64,000 nt of DNA from Cyanobacteria bacterium P01_A01_bin.123 (GTDB taxonomy: Bacteria; Cyanobacteriota; Cyanobacteriia; Phormidesmidales; Phormidesmidaceae). The position numbers and the translations under genes were made by a program. Where the stretch lies: positions 64,001 to 128,000 of the forward strand of contig JBCBZT010000017.1 in NCBI GenBank assembly GCA_039815185.1. Direction: 5' to 3'. Each line of letters starts with the position of its first letter. Position 1 is the stretch's first letter. Below the pieces are notes generated by a model. It was given only the letters and a program-made list of their open reading frames with translations. It ran no database searches and was not told the DNA's origin. Shown here piece after piece: positions 49,311-58,499 of the stretch.

Positions 49311-50081
49311 TTGAAGATGCAAAATTTCCCTGTTCGAAACATTTTTCTGCCAGCGACTTTAGTGGCAAGTGCTGTTTTTGCTGTATTCACTGTACCCGCT
49401 GCCTTGAGGCAAGCTAATAACGGGCTAATCAACACAATTCCTGTTTTGAATCGATCCGCATTTATGAGCTCAGACCGGATTCATAAAGACGTGGCAATTC
49501 CCTATATTGGTACTGCAATTGTGCTTAGCGCCGGGGCTGGCATCGTGACTGCTGAGCTATCGCGTAAGCGGCATGCTGCTAGTCAAGAGACAGTGCTGCA
49601 ACAAGCTGAGTTTGATTCATTTGAAGACATCAGCGTTGCTCCTGAATCAGCTGTTTTTCCTATATCAAATCCTAAATTTGAATGGCCGACTGCTGAGACA
49701 ACAGAGATAGCGCCCTCTGGGGAAAATAATTTTTGGGACTACAATTTTCCAGCGGATATGCCGGAAGCAACTTGGCCGGAAGCATCCACGGCTAAAACGC
49801 CAATCGAAACCGCTCAAGATGCTGACTATACGGTTGTGATTTTTCCAGGACAATATCAGCGTTGCCGGATTCAAGTATCCCATTCGCCAGAGCACTTATA
49901 TGCCATTGAGTTTGATGAGAAGTTTTACAGCTTACTCAGTGCCGGTATTGCTAAAGAACAAGCCCTGGCTGCAATCAAGCAGCTCAATCAAGAAGATCGC
50001 CCCGCTATCCTGACTCAGATGAACCAAGGCTATGCCGTTTGGATGCTGGAACCCCAAGCTCAGTTAGTCGCTGTGGCTTAA
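49311..50081 (+). CDS. Hypothetical membrane protein
   Basis: 256-aa ORF with two hydrophobic segments and a compact C-terminal domain (YQRCRI..AIEFDEKFYS..GYAVWMLEP); ATG at 49317 is an alternative start. Confidence 0.65.
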   Translation: MKMQNFPVRNIFLPATLVASAVFAVFTVPAALRQANNGLINTIPVLNRSAFMSSDRIHKDVAIPYIGTAIVLSAGAGIVTAELSRKRHAASQETVLQQAEFDSFEDISVAPESAVFPISNPKFEWPTAETTEIAPSGENNFWDYNFPADMPEATWPEASTAKTPIETAQDADYTVVIFPGQYQRCRIQVSHSPEHLYAIEFDEKFYSLLSAGIAKEQALAAIKQLNQEDRPAILTQMNQGYAVWMLEPQAQLVAVA

Positions 50082-50167
50082 CCAGAGAACACCGCTGCAA
50101 AACCGCTGCAAATTAGTTAAATCGATGTCAGCAATTGTCAACTAGAGAAACCTTCGGATGAAACGCT

Positions 50168-51253
50168 ATGAAAACTGAAGAATTTTGGCGTCAACATCAA
50201 ACAGGAGATAGGAACTTTTGCAATCTAACTTTGACTGAATTTGACTTTAGTGGTTGCGATCTCTGTAATGCCAACTTTTGGCGGGCTAATCTCAGCAACG
50301 TCAACTTGAAAGAAGCTAGTTTGGTTGAGGCAGATCTTAGAGATGCCGTCTTAGAAAATGCTGATTTGAGTAAAGCTGACCTAAGTCGATCTAACCTGCG
50401 GGGAACCAATCTAACGGCGGCTCAGATTAGTGCAGCGAGTTTTCAATATGCTATCTATGACAGAATGACGCAGTTTCCCGCAGAGGTTGGCCCTTGGCAG
50501 GCTCAGGGATATTACATTGGCCCTTTAGCAGACTTAAGTAGTGCTCAACTCAATGATGCACGGCTAGAGGGGGCTGATCTAGCTGGGGCAATCTTGAATA
50601 ATGCTCAGCTGCGTTCGAGCAATCTCTTTGGGGCTTCCCTAAAACGGGCTCAGTTGATTGATGCTGATTTGAGACAAGCAAATTTATCTGAAGCCGATTT
50701 CAGCAATGCTAATTTGAAAGAAGCGAATCTAAAGCAAGCTGACTTAAGTTATGCCAATTTGCACAAAGCCAATCTAATTGGCGCCAACCTAGTCGGCGTT
50801 GAGCTCCAGGGAGCCAATTTGCAACAAGCCCTCTACGATGAAACCACTCAGTTCCCAGAAACCTTTGACCCCCATACTTTAGGGATGCTTTGGATCGGGC
50901 CAGGAGCCTGCCTTTGGCAGGCGGATTTGAGTGGGGCTTGTTTGGCAGGTGCGAATTTGAGTGGTGCAGTGCTCATGGGCGCGAATTTGGCCAAGGCCGA
51001 TTTGTGGGGCGCGAATTTGGCCAAGGCCGATTTGAGCAATGCAAATTTATCCCAAACTATTCTATGGGGAACCAACTTGCAGGAGACTGATCTCCGTAAT
51101 GCAGTGCTGACTAAAACGGCTTTACAGGGCGTTGATTTAACCACAGCGATTTTAGACAGTGCTGATGTGCAGACTAAAATTGCTTTGCAGCGTGTTGATT
51201 CAACCACAACGGTGTTAGAAGGTGCTGATGTCGATCAGCGTGCAGTTGGGTGA
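50168..51253 (+). CDS. Pentapeptide repeat protein
   Basis: Extensive A(D/N)LXX repeats interrupted twice by A.YD..TQFP. Confidence 0.92.
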   Translation: MKTEEFWRQHQTGDRNFCNLTLTEFDFSGCDLCNANFWRANLSNVNLKEASLVEADLRDAVLENADLSKADLSRSNLRGTNLTAAQISAASFQYAIYDRMTQFPAEVGPWQAQGYYIGPLADLSSAQLNDARLEGADLAGAILNNAQLRSSNLFGASLKRAQLIDADLRQANLSEADFSNANLKEANLKQADLSYANLHKANLIGANLVGVELQGANLQQALYDETTQFPETFDPHTLGMLWIGPGACLWQADLSGACLAGANLSGAVLMGANLAKADLWGANLAKADLSNANLSQTILWGTNLQETDLRNAVLTKTALQGVDLTTAILDSADVQTKIALQRVDSTTTVLEGADVDQRAVG

Positions 51254-51796
51254 TCACTTATTGATTGTGAAACAGAGTTTATGTCGTTTCAACGGCTCAA
51301 TGCGCTTCAAAAGAGCTGGAACTGAACAGGAAACGAAGCGATTTAACCTCTAAGATTTTGTTTTTAATGGTGAGTGGTTGTTATATTTTTATCCCTGTCT
51401 TCCCAGATCTCCTATCTTTCTGGGACAGAGTGGGTCGGTGTCAATAGTTCGGTGTAAATAGGGAGAGCGCTTCAACCCACGACACATACCCCAAGGGGAT
51501 GGGTTGCCTGTACTATCGAAGACGCCATGTAAACCGATAAGCTATCAACTGCCTCCTTTTTGGCACATACAACCGCTGTTGAGGGGGGATATTTTTGGGG
51601 TGGCTATCTCGGCCGAGGGGTGATAAATTAAGCTTATTTACTGATAGATTAAGCTTAATTGCGGAGGCTCAAGGCGCTTAAGTCATTAATTAAGTGCAAT
51701 CTGTAACTTTCTATACCGTTTCCTACGAGGACTCGGAAGAGTGTTAAATCAGGGGTTGTTGTCCCATACCACCTTTTACGGAGAACGTCCGGGATT

Positions 51797-52831
51797 ATGT
51801 CTACTAAGCCTATTACGCCTATATTGATGATTGGTACTCAGCGCTCAGGCTCAAACCTAATGCGGCTGATGCTAAACCAAATTCCAGCTATTGAAGCGCC
51901 CCACCCCCCCCATATTTTGCAGAGACTGATGCCGTTGCTGCCGACTTATGGGGATTTGTCTGATCCCGCCATGTTCAGTTTGCTGGTTGATGATGTTTGC
52001 CAGCTCATCGAACTTAATCCTGTGCCATGGGATGGCGTTGTTTTAGATCGAGGAGACATTGCCTCTCGATGCACTCAGAATTCTCTAGTGGCAGTATTTT
52101 CAGCGGTTTACGACGTTTTGGCGGAAACTCGCGGGGCGGAAATGTGGTGTTGCAAAAGCTTAGCTAACGTTCATTACGTCTCTGAGATTAACGATTACCT
52201 TGCCGATGCAAAATACCTTTACCTGTATCGGGATGGTAGGGATGTTGCGGTTTCGTTTAAGAAGGCAGTTGTCGGTCAAAAGCATTTTTATCACATTGCT
52301 CAAGAGTGGGCTAAAGCCCAGCGTGCAGCGTTGAAGATGCGCCACAAATTTGATCAAAGTCAGTTCTTTAGCATCAGCTATGAGACGCTTACTGGCAATC
52401 CGGAGCAGTCACTTCAGGATCTTTGTGCCTTCTTGAATGTGGACTACCACCCCGATATGCTGAACTTCCATGAGTCGACTGAAGCGAAAAGTACGGCATC
52501 TTCAAGTTCCCTTTGGAACAATGTGACTAAGCCAGTCATGAACCAGAACACCCGCAAGTTCTTGAAGCAGGCTTCTGAAGAGGAAGTCAAGATTTTTGAG
52601 CTAGTTGCCGGGGATGTTTTAGATGAGTTGGGTTACGAGCGCACCCAAACCTCTTCATCGGATGTGGCTAGTTTTAGTGCTGAGGAAATTGCTCAGTTTG
52701 ATGCCGAAAACCAGCAGCTGAAAGCGCAAACTAAAGAGACGATGGATGCGGAGGATCGGGAACGCCGCAGTCGGCAGGCAGCTTTACTGACCGTGATTAA
52801 GGAACGCAGCTCAGTAGCAGCCGTCAGTTAA
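51797..52831 (+). CDS. PAPS-dependent sulfotransferase
   Basis: 5'-PSB loop IGTQRSGSNL; 3'-PB motif YRDGRDVAVS; ISYETLTGNPE..LCAFL. Confidence 0.88.
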   Translation: MSTKPITPILMIGTQRSGSNLMRLMLNQIPAIEAPHPPHILQRLMPLLPTYGDLSDPAMFSLLVDDVCQLIELNPVPWDGVVLDRGDIASRCTQNSLVAVFSAVYDVLAETRGAEMWCCKSLANVHYVSEINDYLADAKYLYLYRDGRDVAVSFKKAVVGQKHFYHIAQEWAKAQRAALKMRHKFDQSQFFSISYETLTGNPEQSLQDLCAFLNVDYHPDMLNFHESTEAKSTASSSSLWNNVTKPVMNQNTRKFLKQASEEEVKIFELVAGDVLDELGYERTQTSSSDVASFSAEEIAQFDAENQQLKAQTKETMDAEDRERRSRQAALLTVIKERSSVAAVS

Positions 52832-52927
52832 GGCCCTCTGAGCGATATTAAAGCGGCTGAGCTGAGGTGGAGCATCTCAGCTCAGTTGCTTGGTTAGTCA
52901 AAAGCAAACCTTATCTGCCACTTTTCT

Positions 52928-54214
52928 ATGACTCAGGATCCTATTGTCACCCAGTCCCAGGAGCCAGTCGCATCTGTTCAACCGCAGGAGACGGTGACCC
53001 TAAGCTATCTGTTTTGGACGTTTCTAAAAATCGGCAGTACTGCCTTCGGTGGATTCATGTCGCTGGTATCAGTCGTGGAAAGCTTCGTTGTTCAGCGGCG
53101 TCAGCTGATGACCCACGAAGACATGCTAGACGGAATTTCTCTGGCTGCTGTTCTGCCTGGGCCGATGGCCGCTAACGTCATTGCCTATGTTGGCTACCGT
53201 ATTCGTGGCGTTTGGGGAGCCGTGGTCACTAGCGTGGGTTCCCTACTGACGTCCTACGTGATTATTTTGGTCTTTTCGATTTACGCTAAGCAGTTTGAAT
53301 CAATTCCGGTGGTCGAAAAGGCCTTTATGGCTTTTATCCCGGCAATGGTTGCGATCATTCTGGCGGCTGCTTGGCGCATGGGTAAGAAGACAATTAAATC
53401 GGTACGCAACTGGCGGGCTATTTCAATCGCCGTGGTTTCAGCGGTGTTGTTAAAGTTTGTCGGTGGCTTTTATACAACGCTGCTGATTGTTTTGGGGTCG
53501 GGTGTTTTGGGCTACTTTTGGTATCACAGCGATGTAAAGGCTCAGGCATCGTCTGATGCTGGGACGAGTTCACCTCCCCAATCCCAGTTGTCTAAGATCG
53601 ACGTCATTGCATCGTTTGTATTTTTGAGCTGCTTTTTGATTTTGTACATCGTGCCGTTGCCGTTTATCAGCGACGATAGCCTGGCGCGGTTGTTCATTAC
53701 CTTTTCGGGGATGAGTCTGCTGCTGTTTGGCAGTGGCTATGTCTTTATTCCGATGATTCAAGAGTTGGTGGTGAACACCTATGATTGGATCTCTCAGCCG
53801 GAATTTATCAACGCGATCGCGCTTGGTCAGCTTACCCCAGGCCCGATCTTGATTAGTGCTGCCGCTGTTGGCTATTCCGTCAAAGGTTTCTTAGGTTCGC
53901 TGGTGGCTACGTTCGGTATCTTTTTCCCCCCGGCGATGCTGATGTTGACCTGCTCTAATCTGCTGGACAACATTAAGCAGTCAACCGTGATTCAAGCTGC
54001 TTTGAAGGGCATTCGCCCAGCGGTTGTGGGTCTAATTTTTATGGCAGGCATAGCGTTTGCCCAACCCGTACTGGCGCTGGGGCAATCTACGGCAACGTAC
54101 TTGGTTACAGCATTGCTTTTCGCAGGTTCTATGTTTGCACTGCTGAAGTGGAAAGTTGAAGTAGTGCTGATTATTCCAATTGCGGGTGCGATTGGCGTAC
54201 TCCTCTATCCGTAG
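52928..54214 (+). CDS. chrA: Long-chain chromate ion transporter (CHR family)
   Basis: FLKIGSTAFGG..LPGP and FGSG..GQLTPGP duplicated halves; GIRPAVVGLI. Confidence 0.9.
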   Translation: MTQDPIVTQSQEPVASVQPQETVTLSYLFWTFLKIGSTAFGGFMSLVSVVESFVVQRRQLMTHEDMLDGISLAAVLPGPMAANVIAYVGYRIRGVWGAVVTSVGSLLTSYVIILVFSIYAKQFESIPVVEKAFMAFIPAMVAIILAAAWRMGKKTIKSVRNWRAISIAVVSAVLLKFVGGFYTTLLIVLGSGVLGYFWYHSDVKAQASSDAGTSSPPQSQLSKIDVIASFVFLSCFLILYIVPLPFISDDSLARLFITFSGMSLLLFGSGYVFIPMIQELVVNTYDWISQPEFINAIALGQLTPGPILISAAAVGYSVKGFLGSLVATFGIFFPPAMLMLTCSNLLDNIKQSTVIQAALKGIRPAVVGLIFMAGIAFAQPVLALGQSTATYLVTALLFAGSMFALLKWKVEVVLIIPIAGAIGVLLYP

Positions 54215-54216
54215 CC

Positions 54217-54654
54217 TTAGATTTCGCTGAGTGCTCGCCACGTCGTGGGACTGACCGTTCCGTCTATGGGCAGATTATAGTCTGCCTGAAAGCGCTGGAC
54301 TGCCAGGTGTGTCTTTAGCCCAAATTGGCCGTCAACGGCCCCGACGTAGTAGAGATCGATGGAAAGTAATTCCTGGATTGCTGTCACTGCATTGCCTTGG
54401 CATCCCTGGCGCAAGGTGGGCATGCCGACCGGGGTATCGGTGTAGAGCGCTTGCCAAGTGAGGGGGCCAACCACACCATCTGGGTTCAAGAACATGTGCG
54501 ATTGAAAGCTCTTGACGGCAATCTCGGTTTCATAGTCAAAATGCCCTGTATGGGCAAGGGGCCTGAGCTTTTGACTTAAACGTTGCTGTAGTCTAATTAC
54601 GGTTGGGTGATTCGATCCCAGTTTTAATATTGTTTTTGAAGTTACGTTAATCAT
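54217..54654 (-). CDS. Peptidoglycan-binding domain protein (two PG_binding_1 repeats)
   Basis: L..G..V..LQ..L..G.F..T..AV..FQ..L..DG.V.P.TW.AL twice; no catalytic domain. Confidence 0.88.
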   Translation of the reverse strand: MINVTSKTILKLGSNHPTVIRLQQRLSQKLRPLAHTGHFDYETEIAVKSFQSHMFLNPDGVVGPLTWQALYTDTPVGMPTLRQGCQGNAVTAIQELLSIDLYYVGAVDGQFGLKTHLAVQRFQADYNLPIDGTVSPTTWRALSEI

Positions 54655-55018
54655 TGGTTATTGTTGTGATCTGTAATCAGGCTACTTCAGTGCTCAAGTC
54701 GCCAAGATTTTAGAAACAAAGAAGACTCGACTTGGCACGGAGGCTCGAAACGATAAAATACAGAAGTTCTTATATCGTTACAATTTGCTTGGACTGGATT
54801 GAAAAAGTGGAGGAATGAGCACTCTTCCGATCGTATAGCGGTTTGCGAAATTGCCTCAACGACGGATTTTAACCCTATTGCAAATGCAAAAGAGCTATTG
54901 AAAAGATACCCCTGAATCTATTTATGATTATCTAGGCTAATTGCTGTCAATCCGTCGGAACTTCAGTAAGTTTACAAATGCTTTTAGTATAGGTTCACAA
55001 AGTTTTGAGGCGTGAGGC

Positions 55019-58000
55019 TTAACGCTTGGTGCTAATGCGGGCTGCGATCGCGCCTAGCAGTTCTTGCTCCAGATAAGGTTTTGTGAAGTAATCGACTGCT
55101 CCGAGTTTCATCGCTAACCACCGATGTTTATCGTTACCCCTTGAGGTCAACATCATTGTGGGAATTTCGGCAAATTGTGGCGTTTCTCGGCGCTTAGTCA
55201 GGAATTCAAAGCCGTTCATGTTGGGCATTTCCACATCGCAGACAATCAGCTGAATGGCTTGATTTCGGGCTAGCTGCTCTAGGGCTTCTTGTCCGTCACG
55301 GGCCTGGAGTACCCGATATCCGGCTCGCTCTAAGGACAGTGCCAGGGTGCGGCGGAGGGTGACGGCATCGTCGACCACCAGCACCGTTGTGGCTTGCAGC
55401 ATCTGAATATCGGGACTGTCGGAGCGATCGGCGACATTTTGTTTGGCTAGGACTGCCAGGGCCTCTAGCTCGGCATTGGATTCGGCGGCATGGGATGGGG
55501 TGGGCAGGCAGCGCTTGATGATGTCGTCTATGAAAACAGGGCCGTCAATCACGGGCACCAGATTGCCGTCTCCTAGGACGGTGCAGCCGTAAGCGAAGAT
55601 TGGCGGCTTGATGGCGGTGCCGAAGGGCTTCACGACCATCTCTTGTTCTGTGACCAAGCGATCGACCTGCAGCGCAAAGGCCTGTTCTCCTCGGGTTAGC
55701 ACTAGCATCGGGGCTTCCCAATTGGTCGGTGTTGGTACGGTGGCTAGAACGCGACTGGGCGGCATTTCTGGTACAAAGCAGTTGTACTTTAATAGCGTTG
55801 ATAGGTCGTAGACCGAAATATCCTTTCCCCGCCAGGAGAGAAACTGCTGCGAACCAACTGCTTGGAGCTGATTGGGTTTAGGCACCAGAATTTCCTGGAT
55901 ACTGTCACTGCGGATCGCTAAGGGGGTAGCGCCGACAAAGCAGATCAGCAGGTTGATGATAGTCAAAGTCAGGGGCAAGGTGAGGGTAAAGACACTGCCC
56001 TCTCCCGGTGATGAGGTGACGGTGATAGAACCGTTGAGAGACTGAAGCTGGTCGCGGACGATATCAAGGCCAACCCCGCGACCGGATAGTTCACTGACCT
56101 GCTGGGCCGTTGAGAAGCCGGGCTCAAAAATAAATTGGCTCAGGCGTGCTTCACTACAGGTGTTAGCTGTTTCAGCGTTGAGCCAGCCTCGCTCTACGGC
56201 GCGATCGCGAATCCGCGCAAAGTTCAGACCTTGGCCGTCATCGCGCACCTCAATGACCACCTGACGACCCTCATAACGGGCCTGGATGGCGATTTGACCG
56301 ATCTCTGGTTTGCCTGTCTGTTGTCGCAGCTCAGGGGGCTCAATGCCGTGGTCAAAGCTATTGCGTAATAGCTGCACCAAGGGGTCATAAAGCTTAGCCA
56401 AAACAGCCTTGTCCACTAGAATATCGGTGCCGCTGAGCTGGAGATTGACCGCCTTATGATAAGTACTTGACAGATCGCGCAGCACCCTTGGAAACCGATT
56501 CAGCACCTGCTCTAGGGGAATCATCCGGGCCCACATCAGCTCATCCTGCATCTGGGAGAGCATTTTGCGGTGGCGACCCAGTGATTGATGCGATTGGTAG
56601 CTAAACAGGGAGAGATCTTCGACGGCTTCCTCTAGCTGTACGATTTCTTCCAGAAGGGTTTGGGTTTGGGCATGCACCTGGGTGTAGCTGTCCATTTCAA
56701 GGGAATCAAAGTTGTCTTCGCGGCTGGGGCTGTTGGTCACCGAACCGTTGACCGCTAAACGAGCCTGTCGCCGTTCTGGTGCGATCAGCATCTGATCTGA
56801 GAGGATCCGCAAGCTCTCGACAATCTCTTGAAATCGATTAAAGCGACCGAGCAAGTCTTTGATTGACCCGCGCAGTTGATTGTTTTGCAGGTCTAACCCA
56901 TTGCGATTAATGGTCAACTCACCGAGCAAGTTGTTCATCTGGTTCAGCCGTGCGGCTTCTACCCGCACAGTTAAGCCCGGGACGACTGGTTCAGAGGTTA
57001 CCCTGGATTGAGTTTGAGGCGGGAGAGCGGCTGGAACCACTGTCTGACCAGAAGTGTCGTCTTCAACAGAGGCGGCTTCAACAGAAGCGGCTTCATTGGG
57101 TGCTATGGCTGTGCCTTCTGCGGCCTCGCTAGCGGCGACATCAGCCCCTTCATCAAGGGCAATGTTAGCCCCTTCATCAGCAAAGGCCAGCGCATCGAGA
57201 TCTGCGATCGCGCTTAACTCGCTGAACACTTGTCCAAATAGATTGGCATCCCCTTCTGGGTCGCTCTCTGGGTCGCTCTCTGGGGTGATGTTATCAGGGG
57301 TGACTTCTGGCGTGACCTCTAAAGCGATATCTGGCGTAACTTCTAATGGGACGACATTGGGTACGTCGTCGCTGGTGGCTAGTTGATCAAATAACCCTAG
57401 TGCGGCAAGCAATCGCTCTCGATCGATGCCCTCGCCGAGTTGGCCAAGCAGTTCCGTTGCCTCGTCAAGGGACCAGTCTGTTTCCCCAGTGGTAGCAATT
57501 TGATCACTAGCCCCTGCCGCCAGGGTTAACAAGGCTTCCGAGGGCGTTCCCCCCTGAGAAGCGGGTTGACTCAGGATATCAGTGCGACCGGCACGAAAAT
57601 CATCTAGAGCCAGTTGGGCAATTTCAAGGGCTTGATCCGGATAGCGATCGAGGGCTTGAACCGCCGCCGTTGCGATCGCGCCAAAGCCCGATAAATCCAG
57701 CAACTCTGCAAAGCCACTAAACACTTCCGCCTGAGCCCGCAGTTCTCCGGCGACCTCCTGATTGGAGGGATTGGCAATGACAGCAGCAAGGCGATCTAGG
57801 CCTTCCGCCACATCTATCTCAAAAATAGATTGGGCCATGCTCATGCCGAGGTCTTCGGAACTGGGAATAAAATCGGCTGTTGCCGCAATCGCATCGCTAC
57901 ACTGCACTTCTAGCTGGCTGAGAATTGGGTCGGCAGCCTCCAGCGCCTGCTGTGCATCAAACTGACCCTGCTGCAACTGCGTTATCAGCGGCAAGCGCAG

Positions 58001-58297
58001 ACAGTCATAGGCCTGCAATAGCTGAGTTTCCAACTCAGTGTTGATTTCAATCGTGTCGCTGTAAAGGGCCTTAAAAATTGTTTCGAGGCGGTGGGCAATG
58101 GTTTTGATCGAATCTAGCCCAACACTCGCCGAACCGCCTTTGAGGGAGTGAGCCGCCCGCATAATACTGTGGATCGTGGCAGTATCCCGCGCTTGCCTTA
58201 GCGACAGCAGACCTGATTCAATCTCCTGGAGCAGCTCAGGAGCCTCTTCTATGAAAAACTGATAGGCCTGATCACGAATATCAGAATTAATAGTCAT
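55019..58297 (-). CDS. cheA: CheA-like hybrid kinase (Hpt-HATPase-CheW-REC)
   Basis: RAAHSLKGG, LLRNSFDHG, DDGQG, GFST..SGRGVGLDIV, C-terminal VVDD..CDVEMP. Confidence 0.9.
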   Translation of the reverse strand: MTINSDIRDQAYQFFIEEAPELLQEIESGLLSLRQARDTATIHSIMRAAHSLKGGSASVGLDSIKTIAHRLETIFKALYSDTIEINTELETQLLQAYDCLRLPLITQLQQGQFDAQQALEAADPILSQLEVQCSDAIAATADFIPSSEDLGMSMAQSIFEIDVAEGLDRLAAVIANPSNQEVAGELRAQAEVFSGFAELLDLSGFGAIATAAVQALDRYPDQALEIAQLALDDFRAGRTDILSQPASQGGTPSEALLTLAAGASDQIATTGETDWSLDEATELLGQLGEGIDRERLLAALGLFDQLATSDDVPNVVPLEVTPDIALEVTPEVTPDNITPESDPESDPEGDANLFGQVFSELSAIADLDALAFADEGANIALDEGADVAASEAAEGTAIAPNEAASVEAASVEDDTSGQTVVPAALPPQTQSRVTSEPVVPGLTVRVEAARLNQMNNLLGELTINRNGLDLQNNQLRGSIKDLLGRFNRFQEIVESLRILSDQMLIAPERRQARLAVNGSVTNSPSREDNFDSLEMDSYTQVHAQTQTLLEEIVQLEEAVEDLSLFSYQSHQSLGRHRKMLSQMQDELMWARMIPLEQVLNRFPRVLRDLSSTYHKAVNLQLSGTDILVDKAVLAKLYDPLVQLLRNSFDHGIEPPELRQQTGKPEIGQIAIQARYEGRQVVIEVRDDGQGLNFARIRDRAVERGWLNAETANTCSEARLSQFIFEPGFSTAQQVSELSGRGVGLDIVRDQLQSLNGSITVTSSPGEGSVFTLTLPLTLTIINLLICFVGATPLAIRSDSIQEILVPKPNQLQAVGSQQFLSWRGKDISVYDLSTLLKYNCFVPEMPPSRVLATVPTPTNWEAPMLVLTRGEQAFALQVDRLVTEQEMVVKPFGTAIKPPIFAYGCTVLGDGNLVPVIDGPVFIDDIIKRCLPTPSHAAESNAELEALAVLAKQNVADRSDSPDIQMLQATTVLVVDDAVTLRRTLALSLERAGYRVLQARDGQEALEQLARNQAIQLIVCDVEMPNMNGFEFLTKRRETPQFAEIPTMMLTSRGNDKHRWLAMKLGAVDYFTKPYLEQELLGAIAARISTKR

Positions 58298-58499
58298 AAC
58301 TCTTTGAAATTTAGGGGGGGCTGACTCAAGCTGGAAGATTGCGGTGAGAAGGAAATTTAGACTTTAGACGTTACAAGAGGGCTTAATACTGTTCGATTCA
58401 TTAGGAGGGCATGTGAGCAGGGGAAGAGCAACAAGACTGATCTGCCCCCTGCCTCTCAATGTCTGACGCATTCAAATAGATCGCCTAGGTCGCCAAAAC

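Noticed and set aside
50977..51033. 30-nt period direct repeat in the pentapeptide gene
   Set aside because: Explained by duplication of two pentapeptide units (GANLAKADL)
48703..53812. Apparent lack of HIP1 sites suggesting a horizontally acquired island
   Set aside because: By eye, gaps of similar size occur in native-looking regions (about 27.4-32.6 kb and 58.6-64 kb); no integrase, tRNA or flanking repeats
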